Part shown: piece by piece, positions 1 through 11,461 of the stretch | How the letters are laid out: every line of letters begins with the position of its first letter | Numbering within the stretch: the first letter of the stretch is position 1 | Assembly (NCBI GenBank): GCA_964544885.1 | Contig: CAZJDX010000018.1 | Span: 4,108-68,107, forward strand | DNA: 64,000 nt | Direction: 5' to 3' | Source: an uncultured Flavobacteriales bacterium | GTDB taxonomy: Bacteria > Bacteroidota > Bacteroidia > AKYH767-A > 2013-40CM-41-45 | Position numbers and translations under genes: made by a program | The notes under the pieces: generated by a model | What the model was told of the DNA's origin: nothing | Databases searched by the model: none | Seen by the model: only the letters and a program-made list of their open reading frames with translations

Positions 1-1168
1 GTGAAGGAAAGACCGGGGAAACACAAACTATATTGGAGGCGGATGAGCGGAAACCCGCTCCGCTTTCCCTTGCCCTGACCCGGTAGCAGAATACGGCACC
101 GGAGACCAGATTGGTATCTTCAAAAAACACTTCGCTGGTGGTACCGGCAAGAACTTCCGGGCCGCCGTTCATGCTGACAAGAATTTCATAATAAGCCGGA
201 ACGGGCCAGTAAGAATATGGATTCCAGTTGAGGAAGACCGATTTATCACAAAGCTGAAAGGCAGCGCTGAGAAAAACAGTACTGTGCGGAACGCTTGGAG
301 CGCTCGGGTTATTACAGGAATCAACGGCATACACGGAAAAGGAAAGTGAGGAGCTCTGCGCCTGTACACTTGAATACATAACGGTATTGTTAATTCCGAA
401 TGAGGTATCAACCGTCAGTGTTCCCTGCAAGGCCACGTATTCCCTGGTATCGGGTGATGAACTGGTATCCCAGCCCAGGATCACGTTCCCGTTTATATCA
501 AGACTTACGGAATCCAGCACCGGTTGCACCGGGGGTTGCAGGTCCCTGAAGAGTTCCCCTGCAATATTGGAAACCGATCTGCAACCGGATATATCTCTTA
601 CTTCTATCTTGTACTTTATGGTATCGCTGCAGATCGATATCTGATCAGACCATGTCATGGGCTGAGCGGAACTTGCCGCATTGACCGAATCAAGCAAGGT
701 GAAAAAACCTGCCGGATACTCCCTGTAGATTTTATAGTAGAGAGAATTGGATGCGATCAGCGGATCCGCGGTGGCATTCCAGGTCAGGTTCGCATAGCCA
801 TTGGAAGGATTAAAGACATTCAAACTGATGGCACGGGCAGTGAGTGATTGAAGATCGTTTCCACTGAGAGATTTAAACACTATGTAATAATAAGCCGGGT
901 TATTTATTGCCAGCGCTGCATTGTCGGTATGCAGGGTATCATTGAAGATAAAAATACTGTCTATCGCCGTGAAGGGTCCGCCCGATGATGTGCTGTGGTA
1001 GATATAGTATGAACGGAAATCAGCAGGACTCAATCCGCTTCGATCCCAGGATAGTGTCACGGCACCGCCGGTACTCACTGACAGGCAACGGATCTCAAAA
1101 GCTTTCAACTGCTGTAAAAACCCCAGCAATAAAAAGAAAGTGAAAGCATACCTTGATTTGATCCGCAT
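1..1168 (-). CDS. Secreted FN3/Ig-like repeat protein, probably T9SS cargo (3' end runs off the window)
   Basis: Hand-translated open frame from ATG at 1168 (MRIKSRYAFTFFLLLGFLQQLKAFEIRCLSV...) to the window edge with no stop. Signal peptide, then repeated FN3-like strands (VTLSWD, ANLTWN, VILGWD, VFLNWN; FCYRVRA). Missing from the ORF track because it is truncated. Confidence 0.75.
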   Translation of the reverse strand, partial: MRIKSRYAFTFFLLLGFLQQLKAFEIRCLSVSTGGAVTLSWDRSGLSPADFRSYYIYHSTSSGGPFTAIDSIFIFNDTLHTDNAALAINNPAYYYIVFKSLSGNDLQSLTARAISLNVFNPSNGYANLTWNATADPLIASNSLYYKIYREYPAGFFTLLDSVNAASSAQPMTWSDQISICSDTIKYKIEVRDISGCRSVSNIAGELFRDLQPPVQPVLDSVSLDINGNVILGWDTSSSPDTREYVALQGTLTVDTSFGINNTVMYSSVQAQSSSLSFSVYAVDSCNNPSAPSVPHSTVFLSAAFQLCDKSVFLNWNPYSYWPVPAYYEILVSMNGGPEVLAGTTSEVFFEDTNLVSGAVFCYRVRARESGAGFRSSASNIVCVSPVFPS

Positions 1169-1214
1169 GAAATGAATAATGGTTAAAAATACGATTTCGC
1201 GGATGACCTGTCAA

Positions 1215-2504
1215 TTATTTAGGGCCAACGACCAGTTCGGTCATGCTATCCGGATCCAGATAATGTTGAGCCAATTGAAGGAGTTCAGCCGGTTGAATAG
1301 TACGTATTTTATTCAGATACCGCTCATAATAATCATAATCCAGTCCCTGAAGATGTATTGTCTTGAAGCGGTCCGATAAATGAAACGCTGTTTCCAGGTT
1401 TTTAATGAAAGATCCCAGTAAATAATTTCTCACGGTTTCAAGTTCTTCCGGTCCGATCTCTTCCTCACAAAGAATCTTCATTTCCTTATAAATTTCATCT
1501 ATTGCCTGCCGGGTAACCTCAGAGCCCACCTCCGTACCTATGGTAAAGTATCCGTGATCACGCATGGAAACCATGCCCGAATTGATACCGTAAGTATAGC
1601 CTTTGTCTTCTCTTATGTTCGACATCAGCCTCGAACCGAAATATCCACCCAAGACAGTATTCAGCATGGAAAATCCCGGATAATCAGGATGTGTCCTGTT
1701 GAACATCTTCTTTCCAATCCGGATGGCTGACTGGATCGCGCCTTCTTTTCCTACGACATATTTACCCGGCGCTTTGGTATCAGGTTCCGGTGTTTTTGCC
1801 ATTGCTCCATTGCTCCTGCTCCATGTTTTATCACCAAGGTGTGAGTTTATCAGCGACAGGGTACTGCTGTTCACTTTGCCGGAAACAATGATGGTGCAGT
1901 GCTCGCTGATATACTGCCTTTTGTGATAATCCAGGAGGTCTTTACTGTTCAAAGCGGCATAATCCTGCGTTGTTGAAGCATGACCATAGGGATGACGTTC
2001 ACCAAAGAGAAGTTCATTGAATTTCTTCCTGGCAATGGTCATAACCTTTTCATTTTCCACCAGGATCCGCTGAGTGTTGTTCAGTATAAAAGTGGAGAGT
2101 TCTTTTTCGGGAAAGATGGCTTCAGTGAGGATCTCGCGGAAAGCGGGCAGTGTTCTGCCAAGGTGTTTATTCAAGGTGAACAACTCGAGCGAACAGTGAT
2201 CGACCGATTCTTCCGTACTGTAAAAGGCTCCGTAATAATCAATCATGTCGGCAAGCTGCAGAGCCGTATGTCTCCTGGTTCCTTCGGCCAGCATGCGGTT
2301 TGTTGCGGAGCTGAGCAATGGTTTTGAAGGATCGTAGGCGAGATTTCTGAAGACCAGTTCGATCTTGACAAGATCCTGAAAACCGGCATTTATATAATAG
2401 ACGGGAATCCCGTTATCCAGGCGGTAATCCTCCACCCTTTTGATATCAATCTTTTCAATTGACTTTAGCTTCGGCTGTTTTTTTCTGTCAACAATATGTT
2501 GCAT
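1215..2504 (-). CDS. M16 (pitrilysin) family peptidase, non-catalytic subunit
   Basis: M16 motifs (LGGYFGSRLMSNIREDKGYTY) but no HxxEH. Directly downstream of a catalytic M16 gene. Confidence 0.88.
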   Translation of the reverse strand: MQHIVDRKKQPKLKSIEKIDIKRVEDYRLDNGIPVYYINAGFQDLVKIELVFRNLAYDPSKPLLSSATNRMLAEGTRRHTALQLADMIDYYGAFYSTEESVDHCSLELFTLNKHLGRTLPAFREILTEAIFPEKELSTFILNNTQRILVENEKVMTIARKKFNELLFGERHPYGHASTTQDYAALNSKDLLDYHKRQYISEHCTIIVSGKVNSSTLSLINSHLGDKTWSRSNGAMAKTPEPDTKAPGKYVVGKEGAIQSAIRIGKKMFNRTHPDYPGFSMLNTVLGGYFGSRLMSNIREDKGYTYGINSGMVSMRDHGYFTIGTEVGSEVTRQAIDEIYKEMKILCEEEIGPEELETVRNYLLGSFIKNLETAFHLSDRFKTIHLQGLDYDYYERYLNKIRTIQPAELLQLAQHYLDPDSMTELVVGPK

Positions 2505-2524
2505 CTTCTTTCTGAAAATTAATT

Positions 2525-3766
2525 TTAATTTTGTTTACTCATATAATATAATACCGAGCAGTTGCTTTCCCTGAATACCATTCCGGCCTGCTTCTGAATA
2601 TCGGAAGCAGTGACTGCGCGGTACCTTTCCATTTCAGTGTTCACCAGGTTTACATCGCCCATATACTCCGCAATGGCCAGGTTGAGTGCCCGGTCTGCCA
2701 GATCCATCTCGGAGAACTCCATCGTTGATTCCACTTTGTTGATCACCTTCTCCACCTCTTCCTCCCTGATATCACCATTAATCACCAGATCCAGCTCTTC
2801 GTCGATAGCTGATCCGGCATCCTCCATACTTACACCCTTCACCAGCTTTCCGGAAATGACTACAAGACCTTTATCGAATTCCGAAGTGGTGTATGTACCG
2901 ATTTCCGTAAACAGTTTTTTTTCCTTCACAAGAGAATTATACAAGCGCGAAGACTTCCCCCTGTTCAACACGTCAGTTAAAAGATCTACAGCGTAAAAGC
3001 CGGGATCGGTTCTGGCACAGGTATGATAGGCTCTGTAAACAGAGTCGAAAGGAATGTCGCGTTCAACCCTCAGCTCTCTTTTCTCTGTTTGTTCAGGTTC
3101 CACGGGATAAGGCTTCCTGGCCATGGTCTTTCTGTCAATTCCGCCAAACCATTCTTCCGCAAGATCAAAAACCTGATCCGCCTTAACATTCCCGGCTACG
3201 CTGAGTATGGCATTATCAGGACAATAAAAGCGGTAGAAAAAATCCTTGACATCGTCCATGCTGGCATTGGCCACATGAGAAATCTCTTTTCCTATCGTGG
3301 ACCACTGATAGGGATGCACTTTATAGGCAAGAGGACGGAGCAGGAGCCAGACATCGCCGTAAGGCTGATTGAGGTAACGCTGTTTGAATTCTTCGATGAC
3401 CACATTTCGCTGAACCTCCAGACTTTTCTCAGAGAAGGCAAGGCCCAGCATCCTGTCGCTCTCAAGCCAGAAACCGGTTTCCAGATTTCCGGCAGGAAGC
3501 GTCAGATAATAATTGGTGAGATCGTTATTTGTCCACGCGTTATTATCACCACCTGCCAGTTGCAGCGGTTCATCGTAGTCAGGGATATTCACAGACCCGC
3601 CGAACATGAGATGTTCAAACAGATGAGCAAATCCGGTTTTTTCAGGCGACTCATCCCTGGCTCCTACTTTATACAGAATGTTCATGGTAGCCAGCGGAGT
3701 TGCCGGATCTTCATGAACAATCACTTTCAAACCGTTGGCAAGTGTGTTGATTTTAAATGGTATCAT
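2525..3766 (-). CDS. M16 family zinc peptidase, catalytic subunit
   Basis: TGFAHLFEHLMF (inverted HxxEH zinc motif), NAWTNND-TNYY, RNVVIEE. Confidence 0.92.
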   Translation of the reverse strand: MIPFKINTLANGLKVIVHEDPATPLATMNILYKVGARDESPEKTGFAHLFEHLMFGGSVNIPDYDEPLQLAGGDNNAWTNNDLTNYYLTLPAGNLETGFWLESDRMLGLAFSEKSLEVQRNVVIEEFKQRYLNQPYGDVWLLLRPLAYKVHPYQWSTIGKEISHVANASMDDVKDFFYRFYCPDNAILSVAGNVKADQVFDLAEEWFGGIDRKTMARKPYPVEPEQTEKRELRVERDIPFDSVYRAYHTCARTDPGFYAVDLLTDVLNRGKSSRLYNSLVKEKKLFTEIGTYTTSEFDKGLVVISGKLVKGVSMEDAGSAIDEELDLVINGDIREEEVEKVINKVESTMEFSEMDLADRALNLAIAEYMGDVNLVNTEMERYRAVTASDIQKQAGMVFRESNCSVLYYMSKQN

Positions 3767-3806
3767 TATTTCTTTTTATATTTTATCAGCACGGCTCCTG
3801 TATGCT

Positions 3807-4757
3807 TCAATTCTTAAAAGCGCATAATTGATTTCTGGCAATACTGAATTCATTCATAACCTCGGCGACAATTTCTGCGGCCGGTTTAATTTCCCTTATT
3901 GCAGCGGCCACCTGTCCTATCTCCAGTTCCCCTTCTTCCAGATCTCCTTCAAACATTCCCTTTTTCGCTCTGGCTCTTCCCAGTAATCTTTTTAATTCTT
4001 CAGTGGTGGCGCACTGATTTAAAGCCATTTCAATATCAGCATAAAATTTATTACGGAGTAAACGCACAGGGGTGAGTTGTTTAAGCGTGAGTATGGTATC
4101 GCCTTCGGCGCTGTTTATGACCATTTTCTTGAATGCTTTGTGCCCGGAAGATTCTTCGGAAGCCACAAAACGCGTACCCATCTGTACTCCATCCGCACCC
4201 AGCGCCATGCAGGCCAGCATAGCTCTTCCGCTACCGATACCGCCGGCCGCTATGAGTGGTAAATTTGTCATGGCGCGGATCAACGGAACCAGCACGAGCG
4301 TGGTGGTTTCCTCCTTTCCATTGTGACCGCCGGCTTCAAAACCTTCGGCAACCAGGGCGTCCACTCCGGCATCCTCTGCCTTTCTCGCAAACTTCGTATT
4401 CGCAATCACATGAACCACCTTACATCCGTTTTGTTTCAGGAAGGATGTCCAGAGGGAAGGATTACCGGCGGAAGTGATCACTACCTTCACTTCCTCTTCA
4501 ACAATGATCTTCATGATCTTATCAATATCCGGATAAAGTAAAGGAACATTCACGCCAAACGGTTTGCTTGTGGCCGATTTGCATTTTTGTATGTGTTCGC
4601 GTAATACTTCCGGATACATGGACCCGGCGCCGATGATACCCAGTGCCCCTGCATTGCTGACAGCGGAAGCGAGTTCCCATCCGCTGCACCAAATCATACC
4701 AGCCTGAATAATAGGGTATTTGATACCAAAGAGGGAATTTACTCTGTTTTCGGTCAT
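3807..4757 (-). CDS. Nitronate monooxygenase / FabK-like flavin oxidoreductase
   Basis: YPIIQAGM, AVSNAGALG, EGFEAGGH, IAAGGIG, GVQMGTRF. Confidence 0.88.
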   Translation of the reverse strand: MTENRVNSLFGIKYPIIQAGMIWCSGWELASAVSNAGALGIIGAGSMYPEVLREHIQKCKSATSKPFGVNVPLLYPDIDKIMKIIVEEEVKVVITSAGNPSLWTSFLKQNGCKVVHVIANTKFARKAEDAGVDALVAEGFEAGGHNGKEETTTLVLVPLIRAMTNLPLIAAGGIGSGRAMLACMALGADGVQMGTRFVASEESSGHKAFKKMVINSAEGDTILTLKQLTPVRLLRNKFYADIEMALNQCATTEELKRLLGRARAKKGMFEGDLEEGELEIGQVAAAIREIKPAAEIVAEVMNEFSIARNQLCAFKN

Positions 4758-4868
4758 TGTCCTGATTGTCCTGTTAATTTCAATTGAAAAGCCTGATGCG
4801 CAGCGTTGCCAAAAATAATACTTTTACCTCCTTGTAAACCGTCAACAACTCTAATTTTCACGGTTCTT

Positions 4869-5861
4869 ATGAAAGTAATTATACCCGTTGCCGGGATCGG
4901 CAGCAAATTACGTCCACACACGCATACGCAACCTAAGGCGCTGGTTCCTGTCGCCGGTAAACCGATTCTTTCGCATATCGTCGACAACCTTATTGAGGCC
5001 GGCATCAGGGAATTTATTTTTATCGTTGGTTATCTGGGAAACAAGGTTGAAGATTATATAAAGACACACTATCCCGGGATTGAAACGCGCTTTATTCTTC
5101 AGGAGCCAAGAGAAGGAACCGGTCATGCCGTCTGGCTCGCACGGAATCTGATCGAAGATAAAGATGAAGTGATCATCGCCTTGGGCGATACGATCTTTGA
5201 CGTGAACCTTCGCGAGATCATTCAGCAGTATGACTCAGCCCTGGGAGTGAAGAAAGTGGATGATCCCCGGAATTTCGGCGTCGCCGAACTGGATGAGAAA
5301 GGAAACATTAAGCACCTGGTCGAGAAACCACCGATCCCTAAATCAAACCTTGCCCTGGTGGGTATATACAAAATTCAGGAGGCCGGAAAACTGATGAAAG
5401 CTCTTGAAAGTATCATCCAGGACAATAAGAGAACATACGGCGAATTCCATCTCACCGATGGGATCATGAGAATGATAGAAAAAGGCTCTGTGATCAGAAC
5501 CTTTCCGGTTGAAAACTGGTACGATTGCGGGAACAAGGACAGTCTGCTTGAAACCAATGCCGTACTTCTGAAAAAATCCAGCAGTCAGGCGCCTAAGCAT
5601 TCCTTTGAGAACACTATCATCATTCCACCGGTAAGCATCGCCGATCATTGCAAGATCAGCAACAGTATCATCGGCCCCAATGTTTCCATCGGCGATCACA
5701 CGACATTGAATTATGCTATTCTCAAAGATGCCATCATCGGATCCTATTCTTCCATTGAAAATGCCGTATTGCACCATTCGGTTATCGGCAGTGATGCCGG
5801 TTTACACGGATTGAGCCAGTCTTTGAATCTGGGTGACAGCACCGAAATCGACTTTGGGTGA
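4869..5861 (+). CDS. Sugar-phosphate nucleotidyltransferase (glucose-1-P thymidylyltransferase-like) with C-terminal hexapeptide repeats
   Basis: [16 protein letters not shown]...[19 protein letters not shown], LbH repeats (IIGPNVSIG). Start moved to the ATG at 4869. Confidence 0.88.
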   Translation: MKVIIPVAGIGSKLRPHTHTQPKALVPVAGKPILSHIVDNLIEAGIREFIFIVGYLGNKVEDYIKTHYPGIETRFILQEPREGTGHAVWLARNLIEDKDEVIIALGDTIFDVNLREIIQQYDSALGVKKVDDPRNFGVAELDEKGNIKHLVEKPPIPKSNLALVGIYKIQEAGKLMKALESIIQDNKRTYGEFHLTDGIMRMIEKGSVIRTFPVENWYDCGNKDSLLETNAVLLKKSSSQAPKHSFENTIIIPPVSIADHCKISNSIIGPNVSIGDHTTLNYAILKDAIIGSYSSIENAVLHHSVIGSDAGLHGLSQSLNLGDSTEIDFG

Positions 5862-5925
5862 TCAACACAGGTTTTTATTCAACAATTCAAAAAGAAATTA
5901 TCAGAAAAAAATTCCAACAAATTTT

Positions 5926-7194
5926 ATGAAAAGAGATACAGAAATATTCAGGTTAATCAATCAGGAGAAAAAGAGGCAGCAGCATGGCATTGAGCTGATC
6001 GCCTCGGAAAATTTTGTTAGTAAACAAGTCATGCAGGCCATGGGTTCCTGCCTCACGAATAAGTATGCTGAAGGCTATCCCGGAAAGCGGTATTACGGAG
6101 GATGTGAAGTGGTAGATAAAGTTGAGCAACTGGCGATCGACAGGGCTAAAACTCTTTTCAACGCGGAGTGGGTGAATGTTCAGCCGCATTCAGGAGCACA
6201 GGCCAACGCTGCCGTCATGCTTGCTAGCCTTAATCCGGGAGATACCATACTTGGTTTTGACCTGTCTCATGGCGGGCACCTGACCCATGGTTCACCGGTA
6301 AACTTCAGCGGCAAATTATATAAGCCGGTTTTTTACGGAGTGAAAGAAAAGACCGGCCGGGTAGATTATGATGCCATGGAGCAAACCGCGGGGCAAGAAA
6401 AACCAAAACTGATCATCGCCGGGGCTTCCTCTTATTCCCGCGACTGGGATTATCCGAGAATGAGAAGGATCGCCGATAAGGTTGGCGCCTTACTCATGGC
6501 TGACATATCACATCCGGCAGGACTGATTGCCAGAGGTCTTCTCAGTGATCCTTTACCTTTTTGCCATATCGTAACAACAACTACACACAAGACCCTCAGA
6601 GGTCCTCGCGGAGGGATGATCATGATTGGTAAAGATTTTGAAAATCCATGGGGATTGAAGACGCCAAAAGGTGAAACAAGAATGATGAGCGCGATACTTG
6701 ACAGCGCCGTTTTTCCCGGCACCCAGGGCGGTCCGCTCGAACATATCATCGCGGCCAAAGCGGTGTCCTTTGGTGAAGCGCTTAGCGACGACTATCTTGA
6801 GTATTGTGTGCAGGTGGTGAAAAATGCGCAAGCCATGGCAAAAACTTTCATGGAGCTGGGATACCATGTGATCAGCGGAGGCACTGATAATCATTGCATG
6901 CTGATCGACCTGAGGTCAAAAAATCTGACAGGCAAACTGGCCGAAAACACGCTGGTAAAAGCGGATATCACGGTCAATAAAAACATGGTACCCTTCGACG
7001 ATAAATCACCGTTTGTCACTTCAGGAATAAGGATCGGAAGTCCTGCGATGACATCCCGTGGCGTAAAAGAAAGGGATGCCATTAAGATCGTTGAACTGAT
7101 AGACAAGGTTCTTATGAATCACGACAACGAAACCGAACTCAAGGCAATCAAAAAGAAAGTCAATACAATGATGGAAAAATTTCCCTTGTACTGA
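5926..7194 (+). CDS. glyA: Serine hydroxymethyltransferase
   Basis: [45 protein letters not shown]. Start at ATG 5926. Confidence 0.97.
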   Translation: MKRDTEIFRLINQEKKRQQHGIELIASENFVSKQVMQAMGSCLTNKYAEGYPGKRYYGGCEVVDKVEQLAIDRAKTLFNAEWVNVQPHSGAQANAAVMLASLNPGDTILGFDLSHGGHLTHGSPVNFSGKLYKPVFYGVKEKTGRVDYDAMEQTAGQEKPKLIIAGASSYSRDWDYPRMRRIADKVGALLMADISHPAGLIARGLLSDPLPFCHIVTTTTHKTLRGPRGGMIMIGKDFENPWGLKTPKGETRMMSAILDSAVFPGTQGGPLEHIIAAKAVSFGEALSDDYLEYCVQVVKNAQAMAKTFMELGYHVISGGTDNHCMLIDLRSKNLTGKLAENTLVKADITVNKNMVPFDDKSPFVTSGIRIGSPAMTSRGVKERDAIKIVELIDKVLMNHDNETELKAIKKKVNTMMEKFPLY

Positions 7195-8355
7195 TCATTT
7201 CTCGACCCAACTCTTGTAATAGTCGCCTTTCATGATCGATAGGCCGTCTTTGGTTATCCACAGAGGCTTAAAGGTATCGATCATGACCGCAAGTTCTTTG
7301 GTCTCCTTCTGCCCTATTCCTTTTTCAACAGTGCCGGGATGCGGTCCGTGTGGAATGCCGGCAGGATGAAGTGTCAGCATCCCTCTGGTCACGGCTTTCC
7401 GGCTCATAAAATCACCATCCACATAATAGAGAACTTCATCGGAATCCACATTGCTGTGATTATACGGCACCGGAATCGCCAGAGGATGATAGTCGTAGAG
7501 ACGAGGTACAAAGGAGCAAATCACATAATTATGCGCTTCAAAAGTCTGGTGAATGGGTGGAGGAAGATGAACCCTTCCCGTGATCGGCTCAAAGTCATGA
7601 ATTGAAAGAGCCCATGGATAGAGATTTCCATCCCAGCCAATCGCATCAAAGGGATGAGTCGCGTAGACATAGGGATACATCCTGCCCTCTTTCTTAATAA
7701 AGATTTGGAAGCGACCGCTTTCATCAACGGTTTTCAGATTAACAGGTCTTCTGATATCTCTTTCGCAATATGGGGCATGCTCTTCCAGTTGTCCGTAGGC
7801 ATTTCTGTAACGCTTGCAGGTTTCAATTACACTGAAGGATTCCACAATCAGCAAACGGTTTGACGCGGTCTTGAATTCGATCTGATAAACAGTCCCTCTC
7901 GGGATGATGAGATAGTCACCATAGCCGAAAGAAAGTTCACCGTAAATTGACTTCAACAAGCCCTCTCCTTCGTGGATGAAAATCATCTCATCGGCATCCG
8001 CATTCTTGAAAAAATAATCTTTCATTGACTGTCTTGGCGCAGCCAGTGAGATGTGAAGATCATGATTGATCATGATCGCCTTCCTGCTTTTCAGGTAATC
8101 GTCTTCCGGCTTGATCTCAAATCCTTCAAACCTTTCATGACGCATGCAATACCTCATGGCGATCTCTGGTTCCACGCTATAGGAATCTCCTGTCTCAAGG
8201 ATCATGGTCGGAGGATGGCAGTGATAGATGAGGGAATACACATTTGAGAAGCCATGAGTAGACACCAGCTCTTCAGCATATAAGGTTCCGTCCTTTTTTC
8301 TAAACTGAGTGTGACGCTTGGGAGGAATCTGTCCCAGACTGTGATATTGAGGCAT
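7195..8355 (-). CDS. hmgA: Homogentisate 1,2-dioxygenase
   Basis: FFKNADADE, HPFDAIGWDG, PPPIHQTF, PYNHSNVDSDEVLYY, TLHPAGIPHGP. Confidence 0.93.
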   Translation of the reverse strand: MPQYHSLGQIPPKRHTQFRKKDGTLYAEELVSTHGFSNVYSLIYHCHPPTMILETGDSYSVEPEIAMRYCMRHERFEGFEIKPEDDYLKSRKAIMINHDLHISLAAPRQSMKDYFFKNADADEMIFIHEGEGLLKSIYGELSFGYGDYLIIPRGTVYQIEFKTASNRLLIVESFSVIETCKRYRNAYGQLEEHAPYCERDIRRPVNLKTVDESGRFQIFIKKEGRMYPYVYATHPFDAIGWDGNLYPWALSIHDFEPITGRVHLPPPIHQTFEAHNYVICSFVPRLYDYHPLAIPVPYNHSNVDSDEVLYYVDGDFMSRKAVTRGMLTLHPAGIPHGPHPGTVEKGIGQKETKELAVMIDTFKPLWITKDGLSIMKGDYYKSWVEK

Positions 8356-8668
8356 AGTGAATTATTTATTTGTAAAAATAGATAATTCGGTAAAACCCGT
8401 CTACTTCAAAATGTAAGAAAAACATGAAAGATGTCATTCCGGACCGGTTCCGGCTGAATATTCCTTCCATGAGAGCCTGAATTATCAGCGGAATACATTC
8501 TTTCCTTTTTGAAACACATCATTTTAGCCTTTCCCGACAAAAGAGCCGGCACCTTACACTTGCAAGCTATGATTCCAATGGCTCCAACGTACCGGCCCTT
8601 ACCGGGATTACTTTGTATCATAAAATTTTAACAGATTATTGAATTATAATCTAAACGAACGAAGAACT

Positions 8669-11422
8669 ATGAAAAAGTCGCGAATGCAGGTGCTTATAGA
8701 ATTTTCCTCCCTGCTGTCACAGATCAGATCCACCGGAAAAGGGAGTCGGAAAAAAAATACTAATAACCGCAGATTCAGAAAGAATTCCGCCGCTGCAATA
8801 CTTCTCATCAGCCTATGCACTTCTTCTTTCGCGGCTACCTATTATTCAAGAAGCAATGGAGGTAACTGGACAAGCGGAGCTACCTGGTCAACAGTAGGAT
8901 ATGGTAATCCTACAAACACAGGAACCTATCCGCAGGCAGGAGATGTAGCCAATATTGGTGACGGATATACCATTATGATCAATAGCAACGTCAGCTGTGC
9001 TACGCTGAACATAGGACAAGGAACTTCCGGCACACTTGAATTCAACTCCCTTGGCAACCACTCACTGACCGTGAGCGGAAACGTCACAATCAATACCGGC
9101 GCGCGCTTCTGGTACAATACAGCGACAAACAGAATTCATAATTGTACCATTGGAGGTAATTTCACAAATTATGGTACGGTTGATTTTTTCAGAAACTCTT
9201 CGCAGGCTGTCAACCTTACACTTAATACAACAACTAACTCAGTTATATCCGGTATCGGAAGCTGGGACCTGAACAGAGTAACCCTGAATAAAGCGGTTAC
9301 CGGGGCACAGATGAATGTTCAGTCCAATGGTTTTGAAACGGGAACAAAATTCTTCGCCGGAAACAGTGGCACATATATTCACAATAACACAGGCGTTTAC
9401 GCGATTAATGCGGCGAATGGAAATTTCACCATCGGACCCAATATGGTTTTCCGTGTACCTCTGGGTACCATGTGGTTTTCCGCGGTCGCAACCGATGTGA
9501 TCCTGCAAGGCGCACTCTATGTCAATGGAGGAACGGTCAGGATTGGTTCCAGTGCGGGAACGCAAGGACTGAGGACGGATCAGAACGGTACGGTGATCCC
9601 TTACCTGGAAGTGAGTAGCGGAACCCTTCTTGTTTATGGCGGTATCACCTATGGCGCATCTTCAGCATCGGAACCTTTCCGTTTCAATATGAGTGGTGGG
9701 AATATCCTGTTGAATGCCGGTGCTACCGGCACCAATCGACAGGTATTCTATGTCAATGACCGCCCGGGAAGCAGCTTCACCATGACAGGAGGAATTATCA
9801 CCCTTCAAAAGCCAAATACAAACGGTCCGCTTACCTTTGACTTCAGTGTATGCGGCAGTTATGGTACAGTTGTCACAACAGGAGGAAATGTGATATTTGG
9901 TAATAACGTAACACAGTCCGGCAGCACCTTTAACTTCCGGCCATTTCCCAATGTTGTTCAGCCAAATTTCAGAATATCCGGGCAGACAACCAGAGTTGTC
10001 AATCTCAGAACGTCCTATAGTTCAACCGCTAATTTCAGACTGAGAAGTCTGACTATAGACGCCAATAAGGTGTTTGACATCAGGTCCATCGGAGGCACAC
10101 TGGGAGACAATAAAACGATGACCCTCACATCGACAGCGAACGGCGCTGATGCACTGGTGAATCATGGTACGTTCACCGCACGCAACGGCACGGTCACCTT
10201 CAACCCGAGCGGTGCACAAGCCATAGGTGGCAGTGTGGTGACGACCTTCTATAACCTGTCGATCAATAACGTGAGCAATATCACGCTTAACCGTGCAGCC
10301 AATGTGAGCAATTACCTCAGCATGGTCAATGGCCGCCTGATCACCACCAATACCAATGTGCTTACCTGTTTTGCAACAGCTAACGCGAACATAGGTTCGA
10401 ACGCAAGCTATGTTGACGGACCCATGGTTCATACCATAGCGACAAGCGCGAACATCAACAAGACCTTTCCAATCGGGAAAGCAGGTCAATACAGACCGGC
10501 GGTTCTTAACATCAGTCACCTGAATTCAACTTCCGTCACTTACAGGGGAGAAGTGTTCAATGCACCGGCATCCGGACTTCCGTTCGGCCTCCCTCCCAGC
10601 ATTGCAAATGTTTCAAACGTTCGATACTTCAGATTTACCAGGCAGCTCGTAAACAATTTCAATACCGGTAGGATCACCCTGTATTATAGTTCAGATGACG
10701 GGGTCGCCGATCGGAACTCACTGCTTGTTGCACAGGACGATGGTACTTCCATGTGGGAAAATCATGGCGGTGTGGCAACAGCCAACTGGACAGGAAGCAT
10801 TACATCAAACTCATTCAACAAATTCAACACCTACTTCGCACTTGGTAACCCTCCCGGCGGAGGGAATCCATTACCGGTTGAGCTTGTCAGTTTCTCCGGA
10901 AAATTAAACAAGCGAAAAGTAGACCTGAACTGGATTACGGAAACAGAGATCAACAACGATTATTTCACGATAGAACGTTCAGCGGACAATATCAACTTTA
11001 CGGAGATTGACATTGTGAATGGCCATGGTAACTCAACCGTCAGGCACAACTATTCATATGCAGACATGAGTCCTTTGAGAGGAATCTCCTACTACAGGTT
11101 AAAGCAAACCGATTATGACGGGCGAAGCGAATATCTTCCAACCATCGTTATAAACAACATATTACCCAGGGAATTCGCCGTATATCCTAACCCGGCGCCA
11201 TCAGCCAGAATTGAATTCAGTTACGATACAGATCAGTTATCCTATTATGAGGTAACGGTACAGGATATACAGGGAAAAATCATCCCTTCCACTCTGGTGG
11301 CGGAATCAGGCGGCAAATCAATACTCAGGGTGGACGAATCGCACATCCAGCCGGGGTCAATGTATTTTGTCAAAGTGAGTGATGGAAAAGAGATCAGTCA
11401 GCAGAAGGTTATTCTGTATTAA
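8669..11422 (+). CDS. T9SS type A sorting domain protein with G8-like/beta-helical N-terminal region
   Basis: Signal peptide ending SSFA, then ATYYSRSNGGNW...PQAGDVANI, LPVELVSFSG...NWITETEINNDYFTIERS module, and C-terminal VYPNP...GSMYFVKV...KVILY sorting domain. Confidence 0.85.
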   Translation: MKKSRMQVLIEFSSLLSQIRSTGKGSRKKNTNNRRFRKNSAAAILLISLCTSSFAATYYSRSNGGNWTSGATWSTVGYGNPTNTGTYPQAGDVANIGDGYTIMINSNVSCATLNIGQGTSGTLEFNSLGNHSLTVSGNVTINTGARFWYNTATNRIHNCTIGGNFTNYGTVDFFRNSSQAVNLTLNTTTNSVISGIGSWDLNRVTLNKAVTGAQMNVQSNGFETGTKFFAGNSGTYIHNNTGVYAINAANGNFTIGPNMVFRVPLGTMWFSAVATDVILQGALYVNGGTVRIGSSAGTQGLRTDQNGTVIPYLEVSSGTLLVYGGITYGASSASEPFRFNMSGGNILLNAGATGTNRQVFYVNDRPGSSFTMTGGIITLQKPNTNGPLTFDFSVCGSYGTVVTTGGNVIFGNNVTQSGSTFNFRPFPNVVQPNFRISGQTTRVVNLRTSYSSTANFRLRSLTIDANKVFDIRSIGGTLGDNKTMTLTSTANGADALVNHGTFTARNGTVTFNPSGAQAIGGSVVTTFYNLSINNVSNITLNRAANVSNYLSMVNGRLITTNTNVLTCFATANANIGSNASYVDGPMVHTIATSANINKTFPIGKAGQYRPAVLNISHLNSTSVTYRGEVFNAPASGLPFGLPPSIANVSNVRYFRFTRQLVNNFNTGRITLYYSSDDGVADRNSLLVAQDDGTSMWENHGGVATANWTGSITSNSFNKFNTYFALGNPPGGGNPLPVELVSFSGKLNKRKVDLNWITETEINNDYFTIERSADNINFTEIDIVNGHGNSTVRHNYSYADMSPLRGISYYRLKQTDYDGRSEYLPTIVINNILPREFAVYPNPAPSARIEFSYDTDQLSYYEVTVQDIQGKIIPSTLVAESGGKSILRVDESHIQPGSMYFVKVSDGKEISQQKVILY

Positions 11423-11461
11423 AGATAGTTTTCATGGTTAGTTAGTTTTAATGGTTAGATG

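Noticed and set aside
1215-2504. M16 gene lacking HxxEH as a pseudogene
   Set aside because: Intact ORF. Active plus inactive M16 pairs are a well-known heterodimer arrangement.
3023-3817. Long antisense ORFs (e.g. 3023-3817, 13543-14193, 17160-17717, 48582-49106, 50734-51243)
   Set aside because: All overlap confidently identified genes on the opposite strand and show no protein motifs. Treated as shadow ORFs.
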